Virus record (IMG/VR): IMGVR_UViG_2877251553_000001 | Coordinates: 10,207-74,206 of that record | DNA from: a virus | Taxonomy: Duplodnaviria; Heunggongvirae; Uroviricota; Caudoviricetes | Reading direction: 5' to 3' (one strand) | Length of the DNA: 64,000 bases | In this document: one piece after another, positions 47,818 to 60,267 of the stretch | How positions within the stretch are numbered: position 1 is the stretch's first letter | How the letters are laid out: each line of letters starts with the position of its first letter | Position numbers and translations under genes: made by a program | Notes under the pieces: model-generated | What the model was told of the DNA's origin: nothing | What the model saw: the letters and a program-made list of their open reading frames with translations, nothing else | Databases searched by the model: none

Positions 47818-48666
47818 GTGCCACCTCCATGCGGATACGACCAGCAAAAAAGCAGATGTGATCGCGCACCAGAGAACGGCGAGCATCGCGTTCAGACTCG
47901 GCAGCAATATGATGAATTTTGGCGGTAATTGTCGGGCAATCGCGGCGAACTGCGGCGATAATCCAGATAAATTGCGGTTTTTGGGTAGGGGTAGTAGCCA
48001 GCATGTGGCAGCCTCCATTCGATAGCATGTAACGCTACCACCGGAAACGCCAATTTCGCTGGTGGTAGCCCAGACAGGGTTGGCGTAACCGGCTCGAATG
48101 GATACCGGCGCTTCCGAAGAAGCCCCTGCCTGAGCCACCATTGATTGACAAAGGCGCTGGATTATACACCAACGCCCAAAAAATGGGTGAGTCAGACCTA
48201 CGACATAAAAAAAGACGCTCGGCGCGTCATATGTCGCCATTCGATTTACCAGGACGCCAATCCCGGCACCCGTTTTATGAGGTGCCTTATAACCATAAAC
48301 CGTGTTGCCGCATAACGGCAAGCTCTTTTTTATGGACTCCGAAAACTCACTATTGGAAGAACCAGAAGCACAGTACATCGCGCTCATTTCGTTAACGTCA
48401 CGCGCGTGGACGAATGTTTTTGTGGAGTCACTACACGAGCTGAAGACATCATCTACGACCAGAAATTTTCTGGCGCAGCCGCTGACCTTCTCAATGCTAA
48501 TATCATCGCCCGAGATTTCTGGTATGGTTAAGGCATCCGTTCCGACCACAAGCAAATGATAAACTTTGCTTGTATCTGCTGTATTAATGCCTGACTTTGC
48601 CGTCATATTTCTGGATTTTGGCGACATGCCAGCCAGTGAAAATGTCTTCTTCTGGACGGGTATCAT
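47810..48666 (-). CDS. Hypothetical phage protein, probably frameshifted near 48000
   Basis: Long ORF changes to low-complexity sequence mid-way; alternative frame 47810-48028 continues. Confidence 0.3.
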
Positions 48667-48842
48667 TGGTTAACCTCCGCGAACTCCTTCATGAAACGCG
48701 CCAGCGGTTGTACGCATGGCGATTGATACCCGTCGCGATAAAACGTCACTCGGTTGTGAGACACGCTTTCGACAGTAACGAGTGCTCCGTGGGCATCTTT
48801 GTAGCGTTTTTGTGGTTGTGGTGTTCCTGTTGGCTTAGACAT
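48663..48842 (-). CDS. Small hypothetical phage protein
   Basis: 59-aa ORF overlapping the antirepressor stop. Confidence 0.3.
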   Translation of the reverse strand: MSKPTGTPQPQKRYKDAHGALVTVESVSHNRVTFYRDGYQSPCVQPLARFMKEFAEVNQ

Positions 48843-49668
48843 TGAGCGCCTCCAGACGCTTGGCGAGCCAGCGTTGCGACAGGCGGGTGAGTTCTCCTTT
48901 GCGCTGCTCATATTCCATGCCCATATCAATTAACGTGATATTGGTGCTTTCGAGATATGAGAGGTGCTCAAGCTGTTCTGCGTTCATATGGTCGCGAGGT
49001 TCGCCAGAATAGCCATTTATCCGCGCCCACTGCTTAGCAGTTAGCCCACCAAGAACGATACGAGAAATCATATTGCTCTCGTTTGTGTAGTGGTGTTGCT
49101 GCGTCGTTTTCCCCATCTCGGCACGGGCCATATTCAGCGCATCGCACATTGGCTTAAAGTTGTTTGCGGCACTGATACGGGCTTTTAGCTGGCGACGATA
49201 GCGTGCGGCGATTTCAGGCACGCTACGCTGTAATTCTTCCTCGCACTGGATGAAATAACGGCGGATAGCGTGACCCTGATCATTGCGTTCGATCATTGCC
49301 AGTTCTTTCGCCATTCCGACACTTAACAGATAGTCTTTGCCGGGTCTGCCAGACTGCTTAATCTTGCTGTAAGCCGCGCCATTCGGGCTTTTCCCCAAAT
49401 TTGGGGAAATTGTTTTATGGACTGAGTAATCGTGCCCAATGGTGAAGTCATATTCAGAGATGCGATCAGTGATCCATGTAGAGAAGTCTTTTCCCACGCC
49501 CAACGCTTTGTGTAACGCTTTTGCGCTAACAATATTGGTTTCACGCCCACCGATATGACCAGGAATAACCGGGACAATTGCGGCAAATTCATTACCGTTA
49601 ATTGTGCTCAGAGAGGCGTTCAGATGAGGGGCGGCCTCAGAAATTAATCTGCTTTTTTCGATGTTCAT
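48835..49668 (-). CDS. Phage antirepressor-like regulatory protein
   Basis: 277 aa; overall resemblance to phage antirepressor proteins, not motif-verified. Confidence 0.45.
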   Translation of the reverse strand: MNIEKSRLISEAAPHLNASLSTINGNEFAAIVPVIPGHIGGRETNIVSAKALHKALGVGKDFSTWITDRISEYDFTIGHDYSVHKTISPNLGKSPNGAAYSKIKQSGRPGKDYLLSVGMAKELAMIERNDQGHAIRRYFIQCEEELQRSVPEIAARYRRQLKARISAANNFKPMCDALNMARAEMGKTTQQHHYTNESNMISRIVLGGLTAKQWARINGYSGEPRDHMNAEQLEHLSYLESTNITLIDMGMEYEQRKGELTRLSQRWLAKRLEALNV

Positions 49669-49788
49669 TTTCAGTCTCCGTTAAGCGGCGTTAAACGCGT
49701 CCGGGTAGAGTTTCAGAATGTCGGCAATTTCCTGCTGAGAAAGTCCGTTGTGATCATTTATGTTCGCAAGATGGTTAATATGAAGTGG

Positions 49789-51059
<1,271 letters not shown>

Positions 51060-51063
<4 letters not shown>

Positions 51064-51950
51064 TGCCACTGCTGGATAAGCTGCGTAAGCTGTACGGGGT
51101 CGGACCGGTATGCAGTGAACTGCATATTGCCCCGTCAACGTATTACCACTGTCAGCAACAGCGACATCATCCGGATAAACGCAGTGCCCGTGCGCAGCGC
51201 GATGACTGGCTGAAGAAAGAGATACTGCGCGTATACGATGGGAATCATCAGGTATACGGTGTGTGTAAAGTCTGGCGTCAGTTGTTACGGGAAGGTATCA
51301 GAGTGGCCAGATGCACTGTGGCACGTCTCATGGCGGTTATGGGACTTGCCGGTGTTCTCCGGGGTAAAAAGGTCCGTACGACCATCAGCCGGAAAGCCGT
51401 TGCCGCAGGCGACCGCGTAAACCGTCAGTTCGTGGCAGAACGACCTGACCAGCTGTGGGTGGCTGATTTTACTTACGTCAGCACATGGCAGGGCTTCGTC
51501 TATGTGGCGTTCATCATTGATGTGTTTGCCGGATACATCGTGGGGTGGCGGGTCTCATCGTCCATGGAAACGACATTCGTGCTGGATGCTCTGGAGCAGG
51601 CGTTATGGGCCCGTCGACCGTCCGGCACGGTCCATCACAGTGATAAAGGTTCTCAGTATGTATCGCTGGCCTACACACAGCGGCTTAAGGAAGCCGGATT
51701 ACTGGCATCAACAGGAAGTACAGGCGACTCGTATGACAACGCGATGGCGGAGAGCATCAATGGTCTTTACAAAGCGGAGGTAATACACCGTAAGAGCTGG
51801 AAAAACCGTGCAGAAGTGGAACTGGCCACACTCACGTGGGTGGACTGGTATAATAATCGACGATTGCTGGAAAGGCTGGGCCATACTCCTCCGGCAGAAG
51901 CAGAAAAAGCTTATTATGCTTCCATCGGAAACGATGATCTGGCAGCCTGA
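51060..51950 (+). CDS. IS629 transposase OrfB
   Basis: DDE transposase of IS3 family matching IS629 OrfB. Confidence 0.85.
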
Positions 51951-51962
51951 GTTCACAGATAA

Positions 51963-52270
<308 letters not shown>

Positions 52271-52342
52271 TGGAGCACCTGTGTTGTTCTGAGGTGAGCA
52301 TATCACCTCTGTTCAGGTGGCCAAATTCAGTGTGCCACTTCA

Positions 52343-52858
52343 GAACCAGACGTTCGCTCCTACAGCACCAAATCAGGTCTGGGTGGCGGACCTGACGTAT
52401 GTTGCCACACAGGAGGGATGGTTGTACCTCGCTGGCATCAAAGATGTTTATACGTGCGAAATTGTCGGCTACGCCATGGGAGAGCGCATGACAAAAGAGC
52501 TGACAGGTAAAGCCCTGTTTATGGCGCTCAGGAGCCAGCGCCCACCTGCCGGGCTAATCCACCACTCTGATCGAGGTTCACAGTACTGCGCATACGATTA
52601 CCGGGTCATACAGGAGCAGTCTGGTCTGAAAACATCAATGTCGCGTAAAGGTAACTGTTACGACAACGCTCCGATGGAAAGCTTCTGGGGAACGCTGAAA
52701 AATGAGAGCCTGAGCCACTATCGTTTTAATAACCGGGATGAAGCCATCTCAGTAATACGGGAATACATTGAGATTTTCTACAATCGTCAGCGTCGTCACT
52801 CTCGTCTGGGGAATATCTCCCGGCAGCCTTCAGGGAAAAATATCATCAGATGGCTGCT
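52343..52858 (+). pseudogene. IS3-family transposase OrfB fragment, 5' truncated by IS911
   Basis: DDE-type sequence starting at the IS911 boundary; C-terminus frameshifted at a C run. Confidence 0.6.
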
Positions 52859-52929
52859 TAAAAAAAGAACAAATGGTAGTGTCCGCTATTGCCAGTACAC
52901 CTCACCGGGTGGCATGGATAAACCCGGAA

Positions 52930-53376
52930 GAGAGTAAATCAAACCGCGCAATTGGCGTTGCGCTGAATGATACTGCATGTCGCGTATTGAAAAAACAAAT
53001 CGGGAATCATCACCGTTGGGTATTTGTGTATAAGGAAAGCTGTACCAAACCAGACGGAACGAAAGCGCCAACAGTCAGGAAGATGCGGTATGACGCAAAC
53101 ACAGCCTGGAAAGCGGCGCTGAGACGAGCAGGTATTGATGATTTCAGATTTCACGACTTGAGACACACCTGGGCAAGTTGGCTGGTTCAAGCCGGAGTCC
53201 CGTTATCAGTGTTACAGGAAATGGGAGGCTGGGAGTCTATCGAAATGGTTCGTCGATATGCTCACCTCGCACCTAATCACCTTACCGAACACGCACGGCA
53301 AATAGACTCGATTCTGAACCCATCGGTCCCAAATTTGTCCCAGTCAAGAAATAAGGAACGTACTAATGATGTGTAA
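52930..53376 (+). pseudogene. Tyrosine integrase C-terminal fragment (phage Int / Xer type)
   Basis: Catalytic HDLRHT and RYAHL motifs present; no N-terminal domain; start approximate. Confidence 0.6.
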
Positions 53377-53463
53377 CTTATTGATTTAAATGGATAATAG
53401 GAACAATACACATAGGCGATAAGCTTTGTTTTTGTTGCCTTTTTTATTGTTCATTTTTTATAG

Positions 53464-53485
53464 ATACCCCCAAAAGTACCCCCAT
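53464..53485 (-). repeat. 22-bp element, right copy of the inverted pair with 38595-38616
   Basis: Reverse complement reads ATGGGGGTACTTTTGGGGGTAT; about 85 bp downstream of the integrase fragment. Confidence 0.5.
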
Positions 53486-53603
53486 ATCTTTTTCCGCCCC
53501 TGAAATTTGGTTGTTATTCATACAGCATATCAGGCGGTAACGCTCTCCCTTTAACCCACTTATTGTATGATAGTGCTATCCCACAATAAGGAATCAGCCA
53601 GCC

Positions 53604-53963
53604 ATGAGAATGACCAGTCGCAAAAAAGAGATACTTAGCTACTTTGAACCGGATAACCTCGAATGGGTGACTGGTGAGATTGGTGCGCCGCCGTTCGATG
53701 TGTCGGGTGTGGCCTACCTGCTTCATGGCATGGTGTCGTTCGATAAGCGTCACCAGCTCGAATCAACCCGGCGCACACTGGAAAGCATGGTTGCTGGTGG
53801 ACTGCTTGAGCGGGTGACAGTGTATGAATCGCGCCAGATACGGCGCGGCGGTGATACTAACGCAACGGTCGTGCGCTACGGTTTACCCGGTCAGTGCGCT
53901 GTTATGCGCGATACTGGCGGCGCTGACAACGCAATATCAGGTGAATACATGCGGGTCAGTTAA
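53604..53963 (+). CDS. Hypothetical prophage protein
   Basis: 119-aa ORF, no family assigned. Confidence 0.4.
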   Translation: MRMTSRKKEILSYFEPDNLEWVTGEIGAPPFDVSGVAYLLHGMVSFDKRHQLESTRRTLESMVAGGLLERVTVYESRQIRRGGDTNATVVRYGLPGQCAVMRDTGGADNAISGEYMRVS

Positions 53964-54498
53964 TAGCCTGCAATCTGTCGTTGATGCGGCTCAGGTCGTA
54001 AACCCGGCGTTCAATATCCAGCATCAGGAAATTGTGGATCTCGGCCTGCTCAGGATTATCAGACTCTCTGGCCTGTAATAGCAATTCATTGTAACCATGC
54101 AAGCCGCCTGAGTTTTCCGCCGGGGTGGTGCCTTTCCCACGCAGGCAGCTAATGGGCTGATTACTCGTATCGTGTGTTTGCTTCTCCAGCACAATGACGC
54201 AATCCCACCAGTCGCCAAAGTCATACGTGTAAACCAGCTTGTCACCCTCATTCTGGAGCGCCGCCCATAGTGGCGTGATTGCCGCGTTACCCATGCTTTC
54301 ATCCTCACCCCATACGCGATACTCGCTACCTGGATCACCTTTACGCCCTTTCTCGAACATATACAGGTGTTCGTCATTCCAGCCAAAAGCTAACTGGATC
54401 ACGGCATGAAGTTTACTAAAGGGGATTTGCTCTGGAACCAGCACACGCCGCCATATAGGTGGTTTGCTGTCTCGGATGGTTATCTTTAGCTGGTACAT
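53956..54498 (-). CDS. pRiA4b ORF-3-like family protein
   Basis: N-terminus MYQLKITIRDSKPPIWRRVLVP resembles this family's signature. Confidence 0.5.
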   Translation of the reverse strand: MYQLKITIRDSKPPIWRRVLVPEQIPFSKLHAVIQLAFGWNDEHLYMFEKGRKGDPGSEYRVWGEDESMGNAAITPLWAALQNEGDKLVYTYDFGDWWDCVIVLEKQTHDTSNQPISCLRGKGTTPAENSGGLHGYNELLLQARESDNPEQAEIHNFLMLDIERRVYDLSRINDRLQAIN

Positions 54499-54618
54499 GC
54501 AAATCCTGAATAAATGCGAATCGGAAGGATAACGATACTGACGTACTCACAATTCTGTAAAGGTGAATAAAGGAAATTTGCTTAATACGCATAAGGTACA
54601 TGTGGAATAATCCCATAT

Positions 54619-54804
54619 CTACCTGCGCGGCGCTGGCTTCTTCCACTGGTAGGCAGGTGCTCGCATCATTTCGCGGAACCTGTCGCGCCGGGCTATATCG
54701 GCATTAACTGATCGTTCTATCTCCCGTTGATCTGCCTGTGTAAGCTGGTGGCCTCCGTGCTCAAGTTTGGCGATGGTCAATAAGGCTATTTCGCGTGGTG
54801 TCAT
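54619..54804 (-). CDS. Small hypothetical protein
   Basis: 61-aa ORF. Confidence 0.3.
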   Translation of the reverse strand: MTPREIALLTIAKLEHGGHQLTQADQREIERSVNADIARRDRFREMMRAPAYQWKKPAPRR

Positions 54805-55101
54805 ACGTCATACCCTCTGGAAGGATGAAACACGCCCGGATTAAATTTCATTTTTCGCGGGTATAAAAAAACGATGGGGCGGGCAGTCCCGGATAGTCAG
54901 GGCTGTAGAGATTTGACTACCCCCTCCCCACTGGATTCAGGTTACTGCTATTCCGTTAAGCGCTGCTTACGGGGATAGCTGCGTTGTGATTTTGACCATT
55001 CAGGTCGCCGCTATTTCCTCACCGATTGGGTGCTACGCGCGCGCGTACTTGTCCCGAAATACCAGAAACCGCCAGCCAGAGGATGATTTCCCTCTGGTGG
55101 T

Positions 55102-55383
55102 CTACCTTTGCCTCTTGCCGCCATTTAACCGGAAGGCGTTACCGTTCGGTTGCGCTATCCCCATGCGGTGTTGCGTTTCGGTAACAGCTTTATGCAGGTC
55201 GCCAAATTCCTCAACCTTCACGGGCGGGCGCTTCACGTTCTCCAGACACGTTTCACGGCGGCGCTTTATCCATTCCCGATCATCGTCCTCGGTGCATAAC
55301 AGCATGACTTCCATCCATCGTGCGGCAGCTCTCCGGTATAGCCCTTTTGACTCCAGCTCTTCAGCTTTCCTGTCCCTTATCAT
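55102..55383 (-). CDS. PerC-family transcriptional activator-like protein
   Basis: 93 aa with AEELESKGLYRRAAARW motif. Confidence 0.55.
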   Translation of the reverse strand: MIRDRKAEELESKGLYRRAAARWMEVMLLCTEDDDREWIKRRRETCLENVKRPPVKVEEFGDLHKAVTETQHRMGIAQPNGNAFRLNGGKRQR

Positions 55384-55420
55384 TTCTGCCTCTCAGATTA
55401 TATAGATAAGCAAAAAGGTG

Positions 55421-55540
55421 TTGGTTCAGTTGGTTCAGTTGGTTCAATTTGTAAAGATCGTTGTTTTTATTATGTTTTTCTAAAATATTGAACCAACATC
55501 AACTCATTTTGAACCAACACAGCCCAGCTCTGAACCAACA
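55421..55540. promoter_or_regulatory. Iteron-like repeat array in a divergent intergenic region
   Basis: Three tandem TTGGTTCA(G/A) units at 55421-55447, AT-rich spacer, then three TGAACCAACA units at 55489-55540 spaced 21 bp apart. Confidence 0.55.
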
Positions 55541-55641
55541 ACACAGCGATAGCTTTGTGATTGGTCCGTTATTTTCTGGCTGATATTTGAGCGTATAACA
55601 GTGTTATACAGTGGTATACTGTATGGATATTACTCACTGAT

Positions 55642-56097
55642 ATGGTCTTTGCAATGAGCAAATCTAATCTGATCGCGTTCCGCATCCCATCTGAATTGCA
55701 GGATGAGTTTAATCGGTCTGTTCTCGCTTCTGGAGGGGATAAAACCTCCTGGCTTGTTGATGCGATTCGCATGAAGCTGGGACAGCCGGAAAAGTCTATT
55801 GATTCACGAATGCTTGGGCTGGTGGAGCGCATGGAAAAAGCCGCTGCGTCGCTTATTGCCGGAAAGCCGAACATCCCACCAAAGCCATATAACGAAACGG
55901 CAGTTATAAAGATCATTGCCGATACCATCCAACAGGGATTTGATAATGGGCGTGTGATAGCTGAACGGATCAATGAAGCAGGCTATCAAACAAAAGCTGG
56001 TAAAGCGTGGGATAAAGATATTTACAGCGCGTGGAAGCGTCAGGGAAGCAATGCTGAAAATTTAAAAGCGGTGATTGATTGTAAGGTCAGCGTATAA
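55642..56097 (+). CDS. Hypothetical regulatory / DNA-binding protein
   Basis: 151-aa ORF immediately downstream of the repeat array. Confidence 0.4.
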   Translation: MVFAMSKSNLIAFRIPSELQDEFNRSVLASGGDKTSWLVDAIRMKLGQPEKSIDSRMLGLVERMEKAAASLIAGKPNIPPKPYNETAVIKIIADTIQQGFDNGRVIAERINEAGYQTKAGKAWDKDIYSAWKRQGSNAENLKAVIDCKVSV

Positions 56098-56188
56098 ACA
56101 TGAGTGCCCATTGGAAAGTAAGCGTACAGCCTGAACCGTCTGGTCAGAATCTGACGAATTAGACAAAGTGGTGTCCACCAAATAAGTA

Positions 56189-56590
56189 GTGGGAACCAAA
56201 GTGTCAGATATGCAGAAAAATGTGAATCCCGGCAGGCGAAAAGGCTGCCCTAATTATCCTCCCGAATTTAAACAGCAGCTCGTTGCTGCCTCCTGTGAAC
56301 CCGGGATATCCATCTCAAAACTTGCTCTTGAAAATGGCATTAACGCCAATCTGTTGTTCAAATGGCGACAACAATGGCGCGAGGGAAAGCTGCTATTACC
56401 TTCTTCAGAGAGCCCCCAGCTACTTCCTGTGACTCTCGATGCAGCTGCCGAACAGCCAGAATCGCTCGCAGAGGATCCGGAAACCCTCAGTATCAGCTGT
56501 GAGGTAACGTTCCGGCACGGGACGCTCCGCTTCAATGGCAATGTCAGCGAAAAGCTCCTGACTCTGCTGATACAGGAACTGAAGCGATGA
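56189..56590 (+). CDS. IS66-family accessory protein TnpA
   Basis: First ORF of IS66 unit. Confidence 0.65.
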   Translation: MGTKVSDMQKNVNPGRRKGCPNYPPEFKQQLVAASCEPGISISKLALENGINANLLFKWRQQWREGKLLLPSSESPQLLPVTLDAAAEQPESLAEDPETLSISCEVTFRHGTLRFNGNVSEKLLTLLIQELKR

Positions 56591-56934
56591 TCCCGTTACC
56601 TTCCGGGACCAAAATTTGGCTGGTTGCCGGTATCACCGATATGAGAAATGGCTTCAACGGCCTGGCGGCAAAGGTGCAGACGACGCTGAAAGACGATCCG
56701 ATGTCAGGTCACGTTTTTATCTTCCGTGGGCGTAATGGCAGTCAGGTAAAGCTCCTCTGGTCTACCGGCGATGGACTGTGTCTGCTGACCAAACGGCTGG
56801 AGCGCGGCCGCTTCGCCTGGCCGTCAGCCCGGGATGGCAAAGTGTTCCTCACACCGGCACAGCTGGCGATGCTCCTTGAAGGTATCGACTGGCGGCAGCC
56901 TAAAAGACTGCTTACGTCCCTGACTATGTTGTAA
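56587..56934 (+). CDS. IS66-family accessory protein TnpB
   Basis: 115 aa with LPSGTKIWLVAGITDMR pattern. Confidence 0.75.
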   Translation: MIPLPSGTKIWLVAGITDMRNGFNGLAAKVQTTLKDDPMSGHVFIFRGRNGSQVKLLWSTGDGLCLLTKRLERGRFAWPSARDGKVFLTPAQLAMLLEGIDWRQPKRLLTSLTML

Positions 56935-56982
56935 GCCTCTTTATCCTGGTCGACGCTGAATGAGCCTGGTAATATACCCGGT

Positions 56983-58520
56983 ATGAGCAGCTCACTTCCT
57001 GACGATATCAATGCACTGAAACGTCTCCTTGCCGAACAGGAGGCGCTGAACCGTGCCCTGCTGGAAAAGCTGAACGAGCGTGAACGCGAAATAGACCATC
57101 TGCAGGCACAGCTGGATAAGCTGCGCCGGATGAACTTCGGCAGCCGCTCCGAAAAAGTCTCCCGTCGTATCGCACAGATGGAAGCTGACCTGAAGGCACT
57201 TCAGAAAGAAAGTGATACCCTTACCGGTCGGGTTGACGACCCGGCCGTGCAGCGCCCGCTGCGTCAAACCCGCACCCGCAAACCGTTCCCCGAATCACTC
57301 CCCCGCGATGAAAAACGGCTGCTGCCGGCAGCGTCATGCTGCCCGGAATGTGGAGGCTCACTGAGCTATCCGGGTGAGGATGCCGCCGAACAGCTGGAGT
57401 TGATGCGCAGCGTCTTCCGGGTTATCCGGACTGTACGTGAAAAGCATGCCTGTACTCAGTGCGATGCCATCGTGCAGGCCCCGCGCCTTCACGGCCCATC
57501 GAGCGGGGTATCGCAGGACCGGGGCTGCTGGCCCGCGTGCTGATCTCAAAGTATGCAGAGCACACCCCGCTGTACCGCCAGTCTGAAATGTACGGCCGCC
57601 AGGGCGTGGAGCTGAGTCGTTCACTGCTGTCGGGCTGGGTGGATGCATGCTGCCGGCTACTGTCACCGCTGGAAGAAGCGCTTCAGGACTATGTGCTGAC
57701 TGACGGTAAGCTCCATGCTGATGACACGCCTGTCCCGGTGCTGTTACCAGGCAATAAGAAAACGAAGACCGGGCGGTTATGGACCTACGTTCGTGACGAC
57801 CGTAACGCCGGGTCAACGCTGGCGCCGGCGGTGTGGTTCGCTTACAGCCCGGACAGAAAAGGCATCCATCCGCAGACCCATCTTGCGGGGTTCAGTGGTG
57901 TACTGCAGGCGGATGCATACGCCGGGTTCAACGAGCTGTACCGGGATGGCCGGATAACGGAAGCCGCCTGTTGGGCTCACGCCCGCCGTAAAATCCACGA
58001 TGTGCACGTTCGCACCCCGTCAGCCCTGACGGAGGAAGCGCTGAAACGGATCGGCGAACTGTACGCCATCGAGGCAGAGATAAGGGGAATGACGGCGGAG
58101 CAGCGCCTTGCCGAACGTCAGTTGAAAACGAAACCGCTGCTGAAATCCCTGGAAAGCTGGCTGCGTGAAAAGATGAAAACCCTGTCGCGACACTCAGAAC
58201 TGGCGAAAGCGTTCGCATACGCCCTGAACCAGTGGCCGGCGCTGACGTACTATGCAGATGATGGCTGGGCTGAGGCGGACAATAACATCGCTGAAAATGC
58301 GTTGCGGATGGTCAGTCTGGGCCGCAAAAACTACCTGTTCTTCGGTTCGGATCATGGAGGAGAGCGGGGAGCGCTGCTGTACAGCCTGATCGGGACGTGC
58401 AAACTGAACGGAGTGGAGCCAGAAAGCTACCTCCGCTATGTACTTGACGTCATAGCCGACTGGCCGATAAACCGGGTCGGCGAACTGCTCCCCTGGCGCG
58501 TAGCACTGCCGACTGAATAA
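56983..58520 (+). CDS. IS66-family transposase TnpC; apparent frameshift near 57480
   Basis: Two overlapping ORFs together give IS66 transposase with zinc finger and DDE region. Confidence 0.7.
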
Positions 58521-58557
58521 CACATCCCCGTCAATACGGTTCTTGCTGCACGCTTAC

Positions 58558-59124
58558 AAAAAAGCGGGTTTTCACCCGTCAGAATCTGGCGGGGATCCGT
58601 CAGTAAAATCAAAACATGATCCGTCAGATAAAAAACCTTCTCGTCCGGACGCTTCGCAACCGGACACGCAGACGGCTGAACAGGATTTTTTAACTCGCCA
58701 TCCTGATGCGGTTGTATTCAGCCCTAAAAAGCGCCAGTGGGGGACGCAGGATGATTTGACCTGCGCACAGTGGCTCTGGAAAAAAATCATCGCCCTGTAC
58801 GAGCAGGCTGCCGAATGTGACGGCGAGGTGGTTCGTCCCAAAGAACCGAACTGGACAGCCTGGGCAAACGAAATTCGCCTGATGTGTGTACAGGATGGCC
58901 GTACTCACAAACAAATCTGCGAGATGTACAGCCGCGTCAGCCGCGATCCGTTCTGGTGCCGTAACGTGCTCAGCCCGTCGAAGTTGCGGGAAAAATGGGA
59001 TGAGCTTTCCCTGCGCTTATCGCCGTCCGTCAGCACGCACACAGAAAAACGTGAAGACCCGTACTTCAAAGCCAGTTACGACAACGTGGACTACAGCCAG
59101 ATCCCGGCAGGATTCAGGGGGTGA
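58558..59124 (+). pseudogene. Phage early/replication-region gene, 5' end removed by IS66
   Basis: Open frame begins at the IS66 boundary; function not assigned. Confidence 0.4.
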
Positions 59125-59402
59125 GCATGAGTCTTTTGAATGACGTTCAGAAATTCATTGAAGCCCATCCGGGGTGTACTTCCGGAGACATTGCGGATGC
59201 TTTTGCAGGTTACTCACGGCAGCGCGTTCTGCAGTCTGCAAGCAAGTTACGTCAGAGTGGGCGTGTGGCTCACCGTTGTGAAGGAGATACACGCAGACAT
59301 TTCCCGCGCCTGACTGAGAGAGCGCAGGAACCGGGACCACAATCAGTTCGAGAAACCAGACCTGTGCGCAATTTCTATGTCGGCACTAACGGTCCCGGGT
59401 GA
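59121..59402 (+). CDS. Hypothetical phage protein, possible winged-helix
   Basis: 93-aa ORF coupled to flanking genes. Confidence 0.4.
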   Translation: MSMSLLNDVQKFIEAHPGCTSGDIADAFAGYSRQRVLQSASKLRQSGRVAHRCEGDTRRHFPRLTERAQEPGPQSVRETRPVRNFYVGTNGPG

Positions 59403-59614
59403 TTTTGTGCCTGACCCGCCAGGCTGAAGAACTGGAGTCCAGGGGCTTATACCGTCGTGCTGCAACGGTGTGGATGGCGGCATTCCGTGAAAGCCACTCC
59501 CAGCCAGAACGAAACAATTTTCTGGCGCGTCGTGAGCGGTGCTTACGGAAAAGCAGCAAGCGCGCTGTATCGGGTGATGAGTGGTATCTGTCAGGGAATT
59601 ACGTGGGGGCTTAA
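59399..59614 (+). CDS. PerC-like small regulator
   Basis: 71 aa containing AEELESRGLYRRAA. Confidence 0.4.
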   Translation: MILCLTRQAEELESRGLYRRAATVWMAAFRESHSQPERNNFLARRERCLRKSSKRAVSGDEWYLSGNYVGA

Positions 59615-60267
59615 TGAGTAATAAATATTGCCAGGCGCTGGTGGAGTTGCGAAACAAACCAGCCCATGAACTGAAGGAAGTGGGCGATCAGTGGCGCACA
59701 CCGGACAACATTTTCTGGGGAATTAACACCCTGTTTGGCCCGTTTGTTCTGGATCTGTTTACTGACGGTGATAACGCCAAATGTGCCGCGTATTACACGG
59801 CGGAAGACAACGCGCTGGCGCATGACTGGTCAGAACGTCTTGCGGAGCTTAAAGGTGCTGCCTTTGGAAATCCTCCATACAGCCGCGCCAGTCAGCATGA
59901 GGGGCAATACATCACCGGCATGCGTTACATCATGAAACATGCCAGTGCCATGCGTGATAAGGGCGGGCGCTATGTTTTCCTGATCAAAGCTGCCACCAGC
60001 GAAGTGTGGTGGCCGGAAGATGCGGATCATATTGCTTTTATTCGCGGGCGTATTGGTTTTGAACTGCCTGCCTGGTTTATCCCGAAAGACGAGAAGCAGG
60101 TGCCAACCGGTGCTTTCTTCGCTGGTGCTATTGCCGTTTTCGACAAGACCTGGAAGGGACCGGCAATCAGCTACATCGGGCGCGATGAACTTGAGGCATG
60201 TGGTGAGGCCTTTCTGGCGCAAGTTCGCCAGCAGGCAGAAAAACTTGTCAGGGAGATGGCGGCATGA
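59614..60267 (+). CDS. Phage DNA N6-adenine methyltransferase (Dam-like)
   Basis: Full-length copy of the gene truncated at window start. Confidence 0.75.
   Translation: MSNKYCQALVELRNKPAHELKEVGDQWRTPDNIFWGINTLFGPFVLDLFTDGDNAKCAAYYTAEDNALAHDWSERLAELKGAAFGNPPYSRASQHEGQYITGMRYIMKHASAMRDKGGRYVFLIKAATSEVWWPEDADHIAFIRGRIGFELPAWFIPKDEKQVPTGAFFAGAIAVFDKTWKGPAISYIGRDELEACGEAFLAQVRQQAEKLVREMAA

Larger units (their letters stand above)
56118..58557 (+). mobile_element. IS66-family insertion sequence, copy 2
   Basis: Termini GTAAGCG at 56118 and CGCTTAC at 58551-58557; 2440 bp; three-gene organisation. Confidence 0.8.

Noticed and set aside
55421-55540. CRISPR-like array
   Set aside because: Units are 8-10 bp with no spacers of CRISPR length and no cas genes nearby; fits an iteron or operator array instead
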